NCBI GenBank assembly: GCA_021613535.1
Contig: CP075492.1
Span: forward strand, 11,656,001 to 11,720,000
Direction of reading: 5' to 3'
Length of the DNA: 64,000 nucleotides
Source of the DNA: Adineta vaga
Taxonomy: Eukaryota; Animalia; Rotifera
The first letter of the stretch is position 1. Each line of letters begins with the position of its first letter. Below are positions 61,650 through 64,000 of the stretch, one piece after another. Below the pieces are notes generated by a model that was not told the origin of the DNA, did not search any database, and saw nothing but the letters and a program-made list of their open reading frames with translations. The position numbers were made by a program, and so were the translations under genes.

Positions 61650-62141
61650 CGATTGATATCATTTATGAATTGATATAAACAATTATCAACATTTTTACAC
61701 TCAAGATGTGCATTAACAAAATATATGCAAGAGAAAAATCAAATTATTATCAGAAAAAACACATGACATGATGTTCAACTAACTTAAACAAATCAATTTG
61801 TTTTTACTTGTTATCTTCTTTCATATTGATTCATAAGATTCAAATAAAAAAAAGGCGACTTATACATATGATAGTTTTCTTACCAAAAAAATAATACACT
61901 TTAGATCTCTTTTTTCAGATCGTAAGTATAACTAGTAAGTATATTTGTGTGTAAATAGTTGTTCGAACACTTAAACATAATAACTGGTATATATTTATCG
62001 TTTTAGGTCACTATCAAGATATGGATATGCTTTATATTTATTTTCTTTATGCATATTTTTTTCTTAACATTTGTTCTATTTATTGAACTGTGAATTAATT
62101 CATTGTAAACTTGTTTAGATTTCGTGTTGTATTCCAGCACG

Positions 62142-63140
62142 ATGGGTCGATCACGTAGTCCGTCGAATAAAAAACATAAACATCGCAAATCGTCTCGCGA
62201 TCGTGACAGATCAAAAGATCGAAGTGTAGCTAGTTCATCACAACGACATAAATCACGTTCACCTGATCGAGAGAAAAAATCGAAACGGTAAGATGAATAC
62301 AGGTCGATCTGAACATATCTGATCCTATCTCTGTATTTAGATCTCGTCGTCGATCGAGTGAATCATCCAATGATGGCCGCGATGATTCAGTCTTAGCAAT
62401 AGGTCGAATGGCAAGCATCAGTGAATTAACTGATTTAACAGCTCGTAAAAAAGCCGAAGTAGAACGGTTAGCTGAACTCGAACGAGAACGCATGCAATTA
62501 TTGTAAATACTGATTGATTTCATTGAACTTGTGCGTTCAGACCAGAATTTTCTTTGTCTTAGACGTCAAAAAGAAACTCGTGAAAATTTAATTCAAACTG
62601 AAGTTGAACGTCGTGTCAAAGAAATTGTTGAAACACGTGTACGAGAAGAATTAGAACGTCGAAAAGATGAAATTGAAAATGAAGTTAAACGACGTGTTGA
62701 TGTTCTTAAACGATCTATGGAAAAACAAATGTTACTTGAACTTGAAAAACGAAATAATGATGAAATGCGAAGATTAATTTCTAAAGAAGTGAGTTTATTG
62801 AATAGAAGTTTATTTTTTTTCCTTATATGAAATTTTTGCAGGAAGACGAAAGAAAGAAACGTGAAGATTTAGAACGAATTCTTGCAGAAAATGAACGTAA
62901 ATTGTCGGAAGCAGAAAAACGTATCGTAAGTAGAAACATTCTTTTGAATTGATGATATTTTTCTTTTGTTTTTAGGCTGAAGAAGAAGAAAAACTACGTA
63001 CTGAACAATTACGTCTAATGGAAGATCGTGAACGATTCGAACGACAATTAGGCAAGCAACATGCCAAAGAACAAAATCTTATTCTCGGAAAGAATAAGAC
63101 AAGAGAAAAAATTTCCTTTTCTTTAAATAGTGCTCGCTAA
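62142..63140 (+). CDS. ARGLU1: Arginine and glutamate-rich protein 1, 5 coding exons
   Basis: MGRSRSPSNKKHKHRKSSR N-terminus. VERLAELERER, RVREELERRKDEIENEVKRRV, LERILAENERKL. C-terminal EQNLILGKNKTREKISFSL. Confidence 0.92.
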
Positions 63141-63533
63141 TATTCTCTTTTGTTTGTTTTGGACTTGTACAGTTTTCTTCTTTTTGTGTATTAAATGAAA
63201 ACGTTGCTTCAATTCAGTCTTTCTTCATTTCAGATGAATAATATGAAATACATCTTCGACAACAATCGAGTAAGTGTATGCCATTTTAAATGAATCGATG
63301 ATCATTCATGTACAGCTGTTGCACATTCGTTCTTTTTTGTACTGGAATATATTTTTTTATTTGAAAAGAAAATATCATTAGCTATTCGTAGCCACACCCT
63401 GGTCACGAATTTTATTTGTCAAGCTGATGCCAACATAAAGATATAAATATCTATGTTTTCCTTTTTAGAAATGATTAGAATCTTTCACTAATAAATTTTT
63501 GACATAAATTGTATTCGATTTCAAACATCTGTA

Positions 63534-63829
63534 ATGGGTACTTTATCAGAGGTTTGTTCGAATTCAAAAACAATTGTAATTAGTAAAAATAATTCTTTAT
63601 TTTTCGTATTTTTAGGCCGGTGCTGATCGACTTGCTAGTGAAGACAATAAAAAGGATAGTGGTGAAAAATTTGCACGAGCAGATGTTAGTTCATCTTACT
63701 ATTCGACTGTATTTATACTTAAATTACTTTTTGTTTTAATAGAGTGAAGAATGTTCAACAAAAACATCACTCATTTTCTCACTTAATGAAGAAGTTGGTG
63801 CTTTAGCAAGAGCCCTACATGTCTTCGAG
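63534..63829 (+). CDS. PAH: Phenylalanine hydroxylase, 5' exons only (ACT domain start); gene runs off the window
   Basis: Third exon reads TSLIFSLNEEVGALARALHVFE, matching the PAH ACT motif SLIFSLKEEVGAL. Two short upstream exons are in phase. Confidence 0.8.
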
Positions 63830-64000
63830 GTAAGACGAGATATCCTATTCGAAGAATCTTTCTTATTCTGACCATTCATTTAGTTGTTCATATTTTTTTA
63901 ATCAGGTTCGAAATTCTAAGCGCTATTGCTTCTTCTTCTTGATAATGATTACTAATAATACATCTTTCTTCTGTGAGAGCATAAACATTCTTTGACCTCT

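Overview
AT-rich, gene-dense animal genomic DNA with very short (mostly 45-70 nt) GT-AG introns. The style and the expanded F-box and GPCR families suggest a bdelloid rotifer (inference, not database-checked). It holds about 18 intron-containing genes, in order: an uncharacterised protein, a small 4-TM protein, a catalytically dead Mutator/NOF-FB-like transposase-derived gene, a C2H2/coiled-coil protein, HECTD1, two tandem F-box/LRR-like genes, two tandem MAM-domain mucin-stalk receptors, eEF2, a BTB protein, a motorless myosin-XV-type MyTH4-FERM protein, two class A GPCRs, an ARM-like/MYND protein, NALCN, ARGLU1 and the 5' end of phenylalanine hydroxylase. The strongest hidden signals are missing from the ORF track. 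(1) NALCN has two tandem, apparently mutually exclusive domain-II pore exons that would switch the selectivity filter between EDEE (with an unusually diverged RIAMNDGW pore) and EKEE. (2) A C/D and an H/ACA snoRNA sit in the two long eEF2 introns. (3) The MAM paralogues share a 200-bp perfectly identical, intron-spanning tract (gene conversion signature) and carry an FN2-like exon inserted inside a MAM domain. (4) HECTD1 appears to have lost its MIB-HERC2 and helical-bundle modules. Exon boundaries were read by eye and may be off by a few bases.
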